IMG/VR virus record: IMGVR_UViG_3300033149_006612 | Span: 1-64,000 of that record | Direction: 5' to 3' (one strand) | DNA length: 64,000 nt | Source: a virus | Shown: in pieces, positions 1 to 8,018 of the stretch | How positions within the stretch are numbered: the stretch's first letter is position 1 | Layout: each line of letters begins with the position of its first letter | Program-made: the position numbers and the translations under genes | The notes under the pieces: model-generated | What the model saw: only the letters and a program-made list of their open reading frames with translations | Database searches by the model: none | Told to the model about the DNA's origin: nothing

Positions 1-98
1 AGGACATAGGGTCTCCCGTCTACGTCAACCTGTACCGATCGAATCGGACCACCTGCAACTACCTCTCTGTAATTTTCCTTCAGGAATACCTTCATCAT
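1..98 (-). CDS. Partial hypothetical protein downstream of the capsid gene (runs off the window edge)
   Basis: ATG at 98 preceded by GGAGAGGTAGG; frame MMKVFLKENYREVVAGG stays open to position 1. Confidence 0.5.
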   Translation of the reverse strand, partial: MMKVFLKENYREVVAGGPIRSVQVDVDGRPYV

Positions 99-151
99 AA
101 GTCTTACCCTACCTCTCCAGTATACCGCGAAGGTACTTCCCTCCCCCTGTA

Positions 152-189
152 CAAAAGCCAAGGGGTAGCTACATCTCTATAGCTACCCC
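152..189 (-). terminator. Probable intrinsic terminator after the major capsid gene
   Basis: 10-bp stem GGGGTAGCTA (162-171)/TAGCTACCCC (180-189), followed on the minus strand by TTGGCTTTTGT. Confidence 0.6.
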
Positions 190-216
190 ATATCAGAGGC
201 CAAGGAAGATCCCTCC

Positions 217-1224
217 TTAGGACTTAGACCCGGCATCCACGGTGGCGGTGCGGTCATAGACGTTGATACGCGCATGATGCCTGGTTCCACCGAGAAGTTC
301 CAGGGCACCGAACATTACCGTGGTATACTGCTGATCGAGCCCGTTGTCTAAGGCGATCTCGAAGGTCTTCGGATCGCTCCCGGCCATCCCGAGTACTTCG
401 ACGTACTGCCATGACAGCTTGTCTTCACTCACGATGAAGGTCGGGTAGACGCTGGGGGTCCCGGCAATCGCCGAATTGAACGGATCGACGATTAACGGCA
501 GGAGCCCCGCGGGGGTCGCCAGCTGCGCCATCGTATAGACGGTCTGTCCGACCTGAATCTGGCTCCACATAAGCTTGTTGCCGATGTTCAATAGTTCCTG
601 TTCCAGCAGGAACAGAACACGGGCATTCAGGTAGATGGCGGTCGGCAACACGTCGCTGTTCGACGTGTTCATCATGCTGGTGATCTTGGAATTGATGCCG
701 ACAAGGACGGAATCGGAAGCCCCGATGTCGGTTCCATCACCGAGAAGCTTCCTCAGGCCGTCAAATTCGTTTGAATCCGACCCCGTATCGCCAAGGTAGA
801 ACTGACGCTGCCAATCACGAAGACAGGCAACCTTCATGTCCCGTACGTCCTTAGCTTCAAGGTCACCAAACCTTCGACCCTGCTGTTGGTAAACCGAACG
901 GTCGAACATGGTGAATTCGAGGTTGGAAACGATGGCCTTTATATCCCGCCTGGTCCGGGCCGTCCTGGTTGCGGACGTGGCGGAAAAGCCGAGATTCCGG
1001 ACCGGTGCGGCACGCGCCGTCTGGACTGCGGTTTGATCGAAACCGCCGGTCGTCTCACCGGGGGAGAGCCTATGATCGATCCGTCTCCAGACGACCTGAT
1101 TTCGATAGACGTCATCGAAGATAAGGCTGTCATACTCATCAATCAGGATCGCTCCATCGGTGAGAACCACGGCAGCTTCGAAGGACATTGACTGTGCTTG
1201 TGCTCTCAACTGTGATAATCTCAA
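217..1224 (-). CDS. Major capsid protein (HK97 fold)
   Basis: 335 aa; GD...NEFDGLRKL motif typical of a widespread capsid family; follows the protease/scaffold gene; GGAGGGG RBS upstream. Confidence 0.75.
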   Translation of the reverse strand: MRLSQLRAQAQSMSFEAAVVLTDGAILIDEYDSLIFDDVYRNQVVWRRIDHRLSPGETTGGFDQTAVQTARAAPVRNLGFSATSATRTARTRRDIKAIVSNLEFTMFDRSVYQQQGRRFGDLEAKDVRDMKVACLRDWQRQFYLGDTGSDSNEFDGLRKLLGDGTDIGASDSVLVGINSKITSMMNTSNSDVLPTAIYLNARVLFLLEQELLNIGNKLMWSQIQVGQTVYTMAQLATPAGLLPLIVDPFNSAIAGTPSVYPTFIVSEDKLSWQYVEVLGMAGSDPKTFEIALDNGLDQQYTTVMFGALELLGGTRHHARINVYDRTATVDAGSKS

Positions 1225-1305
1225 TGTTTATCCCCTCCAAAGGAAGAAAGGTTATAGTTATGGGACGTCCACTGGTACTGCCGTTATCCCGGTATTAAAA
1301 CTGCG

Positions 1306-2571
1306 TCAGGCCCTAAGCTGACCCTTGAGCAACCGGCGTTTGGCACCGGAAAGCTTCTGGATGATCGAAAGCTTCTCCTCCTTGGTGAGCGTGTCATCCT
1401 GCTCCACCGCTGCGCAGGCAGCCGAGAGGGATTCGACCGTCACCTCGACATCGTCATCACCGCCGTACTTGGAGATGACCTGCACCTCCTCGGCAGTCAA
1501 GGTATGACGCCGCCTTTTCGGATCATCATCGTCATTCCCAGCCTTCGGGGCTTCCTTGATGGCGTTCAGGATCTCGTCCTGCTTGTCCACCATCGGCTTG
1601 ATGGCCTCGCTGATCCCGGCCGCGATGCCGTCAATCAGGTCAGAAATCTTCACCCGTTCCGGTGCACCGGCCCGTAATCCAGGTCGGGTATTCATCGTAC
1701 CCTGCCCGGCCCCGGCCTGCTGGGTCTCCACTTTATCCTGCCCGGCCCCGGCCTGCTGGGTCTCGTCATCGGACGCGGAACTGTTCTCCTTCTGCTCCAT
1801 GGCGGTCAACTTAGCGGCGTTGGCCTCGGTCGCCGCCTTAACTTCAGCGATGCTGGATTCTACCTCTTCCATCATCGGGGAGATGGCGTCCTTTTTAAAC
1901 GCGTCAAGCTCCTCCTTAAGGATAGATCGGATCTCTTCTTTAATGTTCACGTCTTCTCCTCCGTTATGTTTTTGCGCTGCAAGTTTGGTATTCGCGTAAG
2001 CACCGGCTTCTCTAAGTAGGATGGTAGCACCACGCCACTTAAAATCGGTGACCACACAGATCTTCTCACCATAGATGTCCTCCAGCGTAAACTTCACGTC
2101 CTTGATGTCATAAGAGAAGCCAAGTCTTCCCTCGCGTGCTAACTCGATAATCTGTGCCGCGAATTCTGGTTCCCTGTCTTTAAACAGGACGCCGGATGCC
2201 TTGGCCGCTAGAACTGAAGCTCCATCCGACGTTTGTGCTAACTCGCACCAGGTATCGGTGAACTCGCCTACCACCTTCGCGTGGGAGTGGGATACTAGTT
2301 CAGCAGATGCGTAGACGGTCTTACCGCTTAACTCCTTAATCTTTCGGCGTATGACCTCGGGAGGAATTAGGACCCTATACGGCCCCCCCGGAATGTTTTC
2401 GGTACCGCCGACATACCTTTCCGAGATTTTCCCTGCATATGTGATGATGCCGCTGAACGGATGCGGGCCGCCCTTCGACTGCGCCGCTTCGAAAGCGAAA
2501 TCATCCGAAAAGATCAGCATCTTGTTGATCGTCTCCGGATCGACGTTAAGTATTAGATGATTGATTTCCAT
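1306..2571 (-). CDS. Prohead protease/scaffold fusion
   Basis: N-terminal protease-like region (H...VGEF, LGFSYD) and a charged helical C-terminus; directly upstream of the capsid gene. Confidence 0.65.
   Translation of the reverse strand: MEINHLILNVDPETINKMLIFSDDFAFEAAQSKGGPHPFSGIITYAGKISERYVGGTENIPGGPYRVLIPPEVIRRKIKELSGKTVYASAELVSHSHAKVVGEFTDTWCELAQTSDGASVLAAKASGVLFKDREPEFAAQIIELAREGRLGFSYDIKDVKFTLEDIYGEKICVVTDFKWRGATILLREAGAYANTKLAAQKHNGGEDVNIKEEIRSILKEELDAFKKDAISPMMEEVESSIAEVKAATEANAAKLTAMEQKENSSASDDETQQAGAGQDKVETQQAGAGQGTMNTRPGLRAGAPERVKISDLIDGIAAGISEAIKPMVDKQDEILNAIKEAPKAGNDDDDPKRRRHTLTAEEVQVISKYGGDDDVEVTVESLSAACAAVEQDDTLTKEEKLSIIQKLSGAKRRLLKGQLRA
1701..1764. repeat. 28-bp direct repeat with 36-bp period, in frame, in the scaffold region (ETQQAGAGQ x2)
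   Basis: CCTGCCCGGCCCCGGCCTGCTGGGTCTC at 1701-1728 and 1737-1764. Confidence 0.9.
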
Positions 2572-2610
2572 TTTTCTGTCCGGTCTTACGTATAGGTTAA
2601 GAGAAACTGA

Positions 2611-3366
2611 CTACAGCGCTGCCGATATAGGATGCTCTATATCCAGTCTCATGAAACCTTTCAATTCCTCAATAGGAAATTCCAGGACCGCTCCGATCGC
2701 CTCCAGGACGTCGTCCGGAACCTCTTGCAGGATTATACCCCCCTCAATGTTCTGGTAGACCCTCTTCGATACCGGTAAGGCCTCGGCCACCTCATCCATT
2801 CCAAGACCCATGGCTTGACGTCTCCGGTATAACGCCGTACCGAGCCGGGTATGGCTGTTGTCACCGGCGTCAAATTCCAACGTACCGTCAGCGTATAGGA
2901 GCAGTTCCCCGGATTCCTGCGGTCCTTCCGTATCGATAAGGATTTCCCGGTCCATCAGAGCGGCACCGGCTTCCTGGGACCACGGACTGCGGATACTGGG
3001 GTCATCAAACTCCTTCCTCATCTGCGCATACCATCTGTCCACCACCCGTTTGACCGCCGCCTGGTCTGCCGGAGGAATTCTAACCCCACCACGGGCACCG
3101 GATAGGATGTTAGCCACCGCAAAAATTCCACGGGGAATCGCCGTCAGCTGACCGTTGATCACATCGGCATAGCCTAACTTGTAGCTGGTAAACCGATCAA
3201 TCGCGTCACTCTTCCTCCAGAAGAACGCCCTCCAATAATCCGCCCATCTGACGTTATCCCGATTCGGACCTCCGGCCCATCTCCGGACCCGTTTCTCGGC
3301 AGCTGACCCATCCCAGGCCCTCGTCCTAGGTGCCAATGGTAAATCGAGCTTTCGTTGAACCGCCAT
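2611..3366 (-). CDS. Head-associated domain fused to a C-terminal XRE-type HTH
   Basis: N-terminal DLPLAPR..WDG.AA..RV..WA...YKL..ADVING.L...PRGI...GARGG domain, recognised from phage head-maturation proteins; C-terminal LGTALYRRRQAMGLGMDEVAE...YQNIEGG is HTH-like. Confidence 0.55.
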   Translation of the reverse strand: MAVQRKLDLPLAPRTRAWDGSAAEKRVRRWAGGPNRDNVRWADYWRAFFWRKSDAIDRFTSYKLGYADVINGQLTAIPRGIFAVANILSGARGGVRIPPADQAAVKRVVDRWYAQMRKEFDDPSIRSPWSQEAGAALMDREILIDTEGPQESGELLLYADGTLEFDAGDNSHTRLGTALYRRRQAMGLGMDEVAEALPVSKRVYQNIEGGIILQEVPDDVLEAIGAVLEFPIEELKGFMRLDIEHPISAAL

Positions 3367-3580
3367 CTCGTCCCTCCGACAAAACTAACTCTTCACACGG
3401 TATCTGTTCGGATTTAGGTGGGTCCATCCGTATCTTGTAACCCATTCCGCTACATCCTTTACACGGCCTCCCGTCCAACGTCCAACCGGTTCCCAGGCAC
3501 TCATCGCAGCTGCTACACCTGTCACAATAGGGAAACGGTCCTTCGTGCTGTCTGTCACCGCCGCATCGAACGCATGCCAT
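3326..3580 (-). CDS. Small Cys-rich protein (DnaJ-like zinc-finger motifs)
   Basis: Four CxxC pairs including CxxCxGxG repeats. Confidence 0.5.
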   Translation of the reverse strand: MACVRCGGDRQHEGPFPYCDRCSSCDECLGTGWTLDGRPCKGCSGMGYKIRMDPPKSEQIPCEELVLSEGRDGGSTKARFTIGT

Positions 3581-3704
3581 CTTAAACTCATAATTTTTTA
3601 CGTGTGGTGACCGGGGCAGATTCCCCCAGATGAATCAACCCCGGTCGTGGGAGGTAGAGCTACTCCTCATATTTATATACGAACGAAGCCTGAAATATGA
3701 GACG

Positions 3705-3929
3705 TTATGAAAACTGCTTAAGCGCAACGGCGATCCCGATCGGGATCGATGCGCCGATGGTACCATATAACCCAGCCTTGACCTTTAAGACGGCTATTTC
3801 GACGGCCAGGTCCTTCAGGCATTCAGCCTGTTCATCTTGAACCCTTTTGATCGTATTGAGGGAATCCAGCACTAAAGCCCTGTATTCATCCCAACCGTTA
3901 GTGTTCTTTTTTTCCCCTATCGTGTGCAT
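3705..3929 (-). CDS. Small coiled-coil protein with C-terminal transmembrane segment
   Basis: Amphipathic helix followed by hydrophobic AGLYGTIGASIPIGIAVAL. Confidence 0.55.
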   Translation of the reverse strand: MHTIGEKKNTNGWDEYRALVLDSLNTIKRVQDEQAECLKDLAVEIAVLKVKAGLYGTIGASIPIGIAVALKQFS

Positions 3930-4530
3930 ACTCTAGGTGCGCCTTCAGTACCTTTTCATAAGTGTCAGATTGAATGGTTGCCGGTTTTTCCGACAAATCC
4001 CGAATACAAGCACCGAAAGAAAGACTGCCTTCTTTTGACCTCCATGCCGATAGACTAGTTTCAATAGGAAACAGTTCACCATTCTTACGAATACCGTCAA
4101 AAATAGCGGTTTTACCGGTGTAAACCCCCCGGTCATTGAAATCGTTCCGAACCCATTCCAGCACCTTCAGGTATGCGGATCTGTATTTCTCAGAAAAGAG
4201 CAGGATGACCCTCCGCCCCAGAATCTCGGACCGACGGAAGCCGAAGATCCTCTCAGCCCCCTCGTTAAAATAGGTGATGATGCCGTCTTCGGCAGATACT
4301 ACGATTGCATCCGGAGAAGAGCTCGAAAACAACCCACATTGCTGGGTCGCCTGAGCTACCTGGATGACGGTCGACTCCATCCCCCTCAGCTTCTCAGTCA
4401 GTTCTGTAAGCTGCTTCATGCCGGTCTGAATGATCTCCATCCGCCGAGTGTACATCGACAGTGACGACGAGCCCCCGCCGAGGATCCGTCTAAACATATC
4501 CCCGGCGGTTATCATCTGTAAAACGTTCAT
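3898..4530 (-). CDS. Stand-alone PAS-domain protein
   Basis: SPDAIVV..DG.I..FNEGAERIFG....EILGR and RKNGELFPIE.SLS...IRD PAS/PAC signatures. Confidence 0.85.
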   Translation of the reverse strand: MNVLQMITAGDMFRRILGGGSSSLSMYTRRMEIIQTGMKQLTELTEKLRGMESTVIQVAQATQQCGLFSSSSPDAIVVSAEDGIITYFNEGAERIFGFRRSEILGRRVILLFSEKYRSAYLKVLEWVRNDFNDRGVYTGKTAIFDGIRKNGELFPIETSLSAWRSKEGSLSFGACIRDLSEKPATIQSDTYEKVLKAHLEYAHDRGKKEH

Positions 4531-4802
4531 CTAACTAAAAACTTCTCCACGGCCTTAGCGCCTACATTGCCCGATACGTACACTAAGACCACTCGGAATA
4601 CGAACCACGACCATTCCCCTCCGGTCAACAACGGGGTACCGTCCGCCAATCTATCCCGGGTGAGCAAACTGGCTATGGCGATAACTATTATCGCCATCGT
4701 CCATTTTCGCCACCCATAAGGATTAATTAATGACCTCTTCTCACCATCGCTGGCAGCCGGATTCGTATCCGGCGGTGGTGGTAACGGCGGTTGTTCCAAC
4801 AT
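4527..4802 (-). CDS. Small two-TM holin-like membrane protein
   Basis: RKW followed by a hydrophobic helix; second helix ending YVSGNVGAK. Confidence 0.5.
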   Translation of the reverse strand: MLEQPPLPPPPDTNPAASDGEKRSLINPYGWRKWTMAIIVIAIASLLTRDRLADGTPLLTGGEWSWFVFRVVLVYVSGNVGAKAVEKFLVR

Positions 4803-4804
4803 TC

Positions 4805-5470
4805 CTATTTAATCTCCCTGATATCATGACATCCGTGGTTGTCGTCGGGCTTCCCCAGCCCCTTAAGTTCGAAATGGGGGCAACGCCTGTCGATCTTCCC
4901 GATCCTCAATCGGGCCTGGTCACACCTGGCGAAAAAGTCGATATCATGACCCCCATACCTCCTGTCCCATCTGCCCGTGTACTTCAAATGTTCACCGGCT
5001 ACGGTATACGTGGCCTCCGTCCGGAAGTACGGTTTACCGATTATGTGAAATACACCGGTCCTGACGAGGATACAGCCGAGCCCGGCCCAGAGGACTTTAC
5101 CGGAGCTGGACACCATCATTGAAGGACAGCCGCCGCGAAGATTATAATCGACAGCGCAGACGTCCAATCCCTCCTCCGTCATCTCTATGAGCAGTTCGGT
5201 TAACGTCTCCTCCTCCGGTGCCATGTCCTCCTCCAGGAACCAGAGGTATTCAATGCCCTTAAACCGTAGTGCCCGTTCCACCAATGAATTAACGGAATCG
5301 GGTATGCTCTTGTCGTGCTCGAACAGGGGAATCCAACCCCAACCGGTGGTACTGACGTTGATGCTGGTCTTGAGAAACCACTGCCGGTTGTATTCCACAT
5401 TCCGGTACAGAGATTCAGCGGTTCGGGAGTGGATAAGCCCACGACTAGGAATAAGAATAGCTCCTATCAT
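4805..5470 (-). CDS. GT-A fold glycosyltransferase-like protein
   Basis: Probable start MIGAILIPSRG at 5470 (the track extends it to 5653); YLWFLEEDM (DxD-like), GLGCILV and GHDIDFF motifs. Confidence 0.65.
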   Translation of the reverse strand: MIGAILIPSRGLIHSRTAESLYRNVEYNRQWFLKTSINVSTTGWGWIPLFEHDKSIPDSVNSLVERALRFKGIEYLWFLEEDMAPEEETLTELLIEMTEEGLDVCAVDYNLRGGCPSMMVSSSGKVLWAGLGCILVRTGVFHIIGKPYFRTEATYTVAGEHLKYTGRWDRRYGGHDIDFFARCDQARLRIGKIDRRCPHFELKGLGKPDDNHGCHDIREIK

Positions 5471-5485
5471 ACCGGGTTTACGTCG

Positions 5486-5746
5486 GACGGCCCCTACCGA
5501 AGGTAGGGATGAAAGGTGTAGGATTCGTACCCCGTGCGCCTTTATACCTAAAAAGGGGAGAGAGGGGGAAAAGCAACTCCCCCGATAAAAAGCGCACGGG
5601 GTCTCATATGACGTCGGAGTTTGAAATCCCACGAAATCCGTAGGAGGAGTCAAAGTTGTTGGGGGTCGACGTCATACATAAGGCTTTACGTTACTGTGAT
5701 TACACCCGGATCTGCCTCTACAAATCTACGACCGGACATCGCCGTC
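5486..5746. ncRNA. Candidate multibranched structured RNA in the MuF-glycosyltransferase gap
   Basis: Nested complementary segments 5486-5491/5741-5746, 5492-5498/5502-5508, 5515-5520/5701-5706, 5529-5539/5592-5602 (11 bp perfect) and 5607-5616/5667-5676 (10 bp perfect). Confidence 0.45.
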
Positions 5747-5757
5747 GGCACGTCGGT

Positions 5758-7569
5758 TCAGCCGATCTCCGAAGGTTCAACCGGTCTGGGTTTCTTAAGC
5801 GATACCCGTTCGATTTTATGTTTAAGGACACACCGACAGTTATGAGACACGATCCCGTTAACCAGATAACTCTCGTCCCCCTCTACGGAGAAGTTATAAA
5901 CCATAGCTGTGCCTTGTATCTGTGTTACATGTAAAATCGGGGCATGAAAGAAACCGACGAAGCTTACCTCGCCAGCATCATTGATGGGGGAGGAACGATC
6001 GCGCCTGCCGTCCGAAGAGGTAGAACCGTACCTCAGATTACACCAAAACTCTTTACATCCAACACTGACCTTAAATCGCTGCAGTGGGTGAAGGAAACCG
6101 CTGGAATCAACGGGTGGATGAAAGTGAAGCGATTTCAAGCCACTACCGCCAACGCTTCTACCCCCTGCAAAACCGCACTTCCATATCTCATCGTCAAGCG
6201 TAGACAAGCGGAGGTTATATCCGGCTTTCCAGGAGGACGAAGTACCGAGGACGTCGATACCTACATCCGCCAATTTCAGTGCCCGCCGCTCATATGAAAA
6301 TCGAATGACCCTACCGGTTCCCGACATAGCCAGTACGAGCATCTCCTCACCCGTAAACCGGCCGACCTCCTTCCATCCGGAGTCGGTAAGGAGTCTGTGA
6401 TTGCCGGTCAACCTGAGCTTTCGATGGAAGACTTCGACCTCTACTAGATCACCGGCTTCTCGACTGGCTGTCCTATTTACCCTTCGATATACACCTTGAT
6501 GGGAAAGAACCGCATCCCCCGGTTTAATGTCTGCAATTCGTTTCGGTCCTTTCACCGTGGCTATGACGGCGTCCGGATCCGCTATACAGTTCGCGATCTC
6601 CCCAACCGGCCCCGCCGGATCACGTGGAAACATCAGACCGTTGGAAAATCTCTCATCCAGCTTCCTCTTCTGCCCGTCCAGTCTAACGTGGGAATCCCGG
6701 ACCCTGCCGTCCCTGGCGGTCAACCAGATCTTCCACATCTCCCTGTCCGGTGTAAGCTGCCTGGCTATCTGTTCCGTGGTGTCCTGTTCAGCCAAACTGG
6801 TCAATTTTCCGACCTCCGTTCTGGCTATCACCTGTGGCCTGGATCTCACCCACCTGTTGTATCTAGCATTAATCCGGTCGAGTACCTCCCGTTCGGGAAC
6901 TCCCTCCTCGATGCTCTTCCGGATAATCCTGCCGAGGTCGTTAAGGGTAGTGGTACTCAATTGATCCACCAGGGGGGGAGCATAGTTGGCGAGGTAGGAT
7001 TCGGCTGAGGTAGTAAATCCAGGCCAGTCAAAGCCGAGCTCCGCCGCTTTCCATTTTGCAGCCTTGGTGGCCACACCGAGACCGAATACCTCAAGTTGAG
7101 CGGTCAGTCGATCCCCGGTTCGTTTCAACGTTCGGGAGACGACCACGTCCAGATCGGCTGCCCGAAATTCCTGTGCTCTGATGTCCGCGCCCTTCCTCGG
7201 CTTCCGGATCAATTTCGACTTCCGGATGGCCTTGGCGATCTCGGCAAACTCCACGGCGAAATGCTTCCGCATGATGATTCGCAGCTGATTTTCAAACCCG
7301 GCCGCCCGCCTGATCCACCTGGCCCAGTATCTGTCGTCCGCCGTGGCCCGTGCCTTGAACTCTGCAGACCTGATCCGTTTGATGTCGGCCGAGAACGGAA
7401 CGGTGACCGTCCCGGCACCGGCCTCCCAGATCTTATGCCGCCTCCGCCATTGACTGTGGCAGAACGCCGCACGCTGCGCCCGCTCCGGGAAATCCCGCCT
7501 GGACTCCGGATCTCCCATACAACGCTTCATCCATCCGGCCCTGGTTTCTCCTCTCCTCGGTTCCGGCAT
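5758..7569 (-). CDS. MuF/SPP1 gp7-like head morphogenesis protein containing an intein
   Basis: IARTE, KIWLTARDGRVRDSH..LDGQ, LMFPRDP...EIAN|CRC motifs, interrupted by an intein. Confidence 0.9.
   Translation of the reverse strand: MPEPRRGETRAGWMKRCMGDPESRRDFPERAQRAAFCHSQWRRRHKIWEAGAGTVTVPFSADIKRIRSAEFKARATADDRYWARWIRRAAGFENQLRIIMRKHFAVEFAEIAKAIRKSKLIRKPRKGADIRAQEFRAADLDVVVSRTLKRTGDRLTAQLEVFGLGVATKAAKWKAAELGFDWPGFTTSAESYLANYAPPLVDQLSTTTLNDLGRIIRKSIEEGVPEREVLDRINARYNRWVRSRPQVIARTEVGKLTSLAEQDTTEQIARQLTPDREMWKIWLTARDGRVRDSHVRLDGQKRKLDERFSNGLMFPRDPAGPVGEIANCIADPDAVIATVKGPKRIADIKPGDAVLSHQGVYRRVNRTASREAGDLVEVEVFHRKLRLTGNHRLLTDSGWKEVGRFTGEEMLVLAMSGTGRVIRFSYERRALKLADVGIDVLGTSSSWKAGYNLRLSTLDDEIWKCGFAGGRSVGGSGLKSLHFHPPVDSSGFLHPLQRFKVSVGCKEFWCNLRYGSTSSDGRRDRSSPINDAGEVSFVGFFHAPILHVTQIQGTAMVYNFSVEGDESYLVNGIVSHNCRCVLKHKIERVSLKKPRPVEPSEIG
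5839..6588 (-). mobile_element. Intein of 250 aa within MuF
   Basis: Block A CIADPDAVIAT, block B LRLTGNHRLL, blocks F/G VYNFSVEGDESYLVNGIVSHN followed by Cys+1; excision restores EIANCRC. Confidence 0.9.
5944..6297 (+). CDS. Single-motif LAGLIDADG homing-endonuclease-like ORF, antisense inside the intein (probably degenerate)
   Basis: AYLASIIDGGGTI (LAGLIDADG-like; acidic residue of GEG replaced by G), SNTDLKSLQWVK and LPYLIVKRRQAE motifs. Confidence 0.7.
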   Translation: MKETDEAYLASIIDGGGTIAPAVRRGRTVPQITPKLFTSNTDLKSLQWVKETAGINGWMKVKRFQATTANASTPCKTALPYLIVKRRQAEVISGFPGGRSTEDVDTYIRQFQCPPLI

Positions 7570-7589
7570 CTTATATCTACTCTCGGGTG

Positions 7590-7601
7590 TATCGTCCTGC
7601 G
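7590..7601 (-). promoter_or_regulatory. 12-bp motif CGCAGGACGATA upstream of MuF (second copy at 57561-57572)
   Basis: Identical 12-mer at the same distance from the ATG of two structural genes. Confidence 0.45.
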
Positions 7602-7652
7602 CCCCCTCGGTATCCCCTCTATATGAGAAGGATAGCTCCTGGATCCTCGGGG

Positions 7653-8018
7653 CTAGGGGAGGGATATTCTCGGTCTCTCGGCGTCAGTCGGGCCTATGTG
7701 CCCCGGCGTTATGAGCCTGATCGGAGGCCTGACCGGGACCCTCATATGACACCCGTTACAGGTGAAAATCAGCAGGTGGGTCCCCCTGCTGCCGTTCACC
7801 TCCTCCCCCTGTATCACCGGTCGCCTATTCCTGCTGCCGCAGTTCGGGCAGTGGAAGACGCAGTAGCCCTTGGATTTCTGCCTAACGGTCCTGATCTCGG
7901 TTACCCTGTTACCGAAACGGTCGGTCCTCCGCCTGCCTCGTACCTCTACCTTATGCTCCCGGTCCATCCCCGTCACTTCATCAGCATGAACCTCGATCGT
8001 CAATAGACGACGACTCAT
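7653..8018 (-). CDS. Zinc-ribbon protein
   Basis: CPNC...CNGC; overlaps the portal stop codon. Confidence 0.55.
   Translation of the reverse strand: MSRRLLTIEVHADEVTGMDREHKVEVRGRRRTDRFGNRVTEIRTVRQKSKGYCVFHCPNCGSRNRRPVIQGEEVNGSRGTHLLIFTCNGCHMRVPVRPPIRLITPGHIGPTDAERPRISLP

Noticed and set aside
3609-3646. Interrupted hairpin GACCGGGG...CCCCGGTC in an intergenic gap
   Set aside because: A single stem without a U-tail or recognisable motif; not enough to call.
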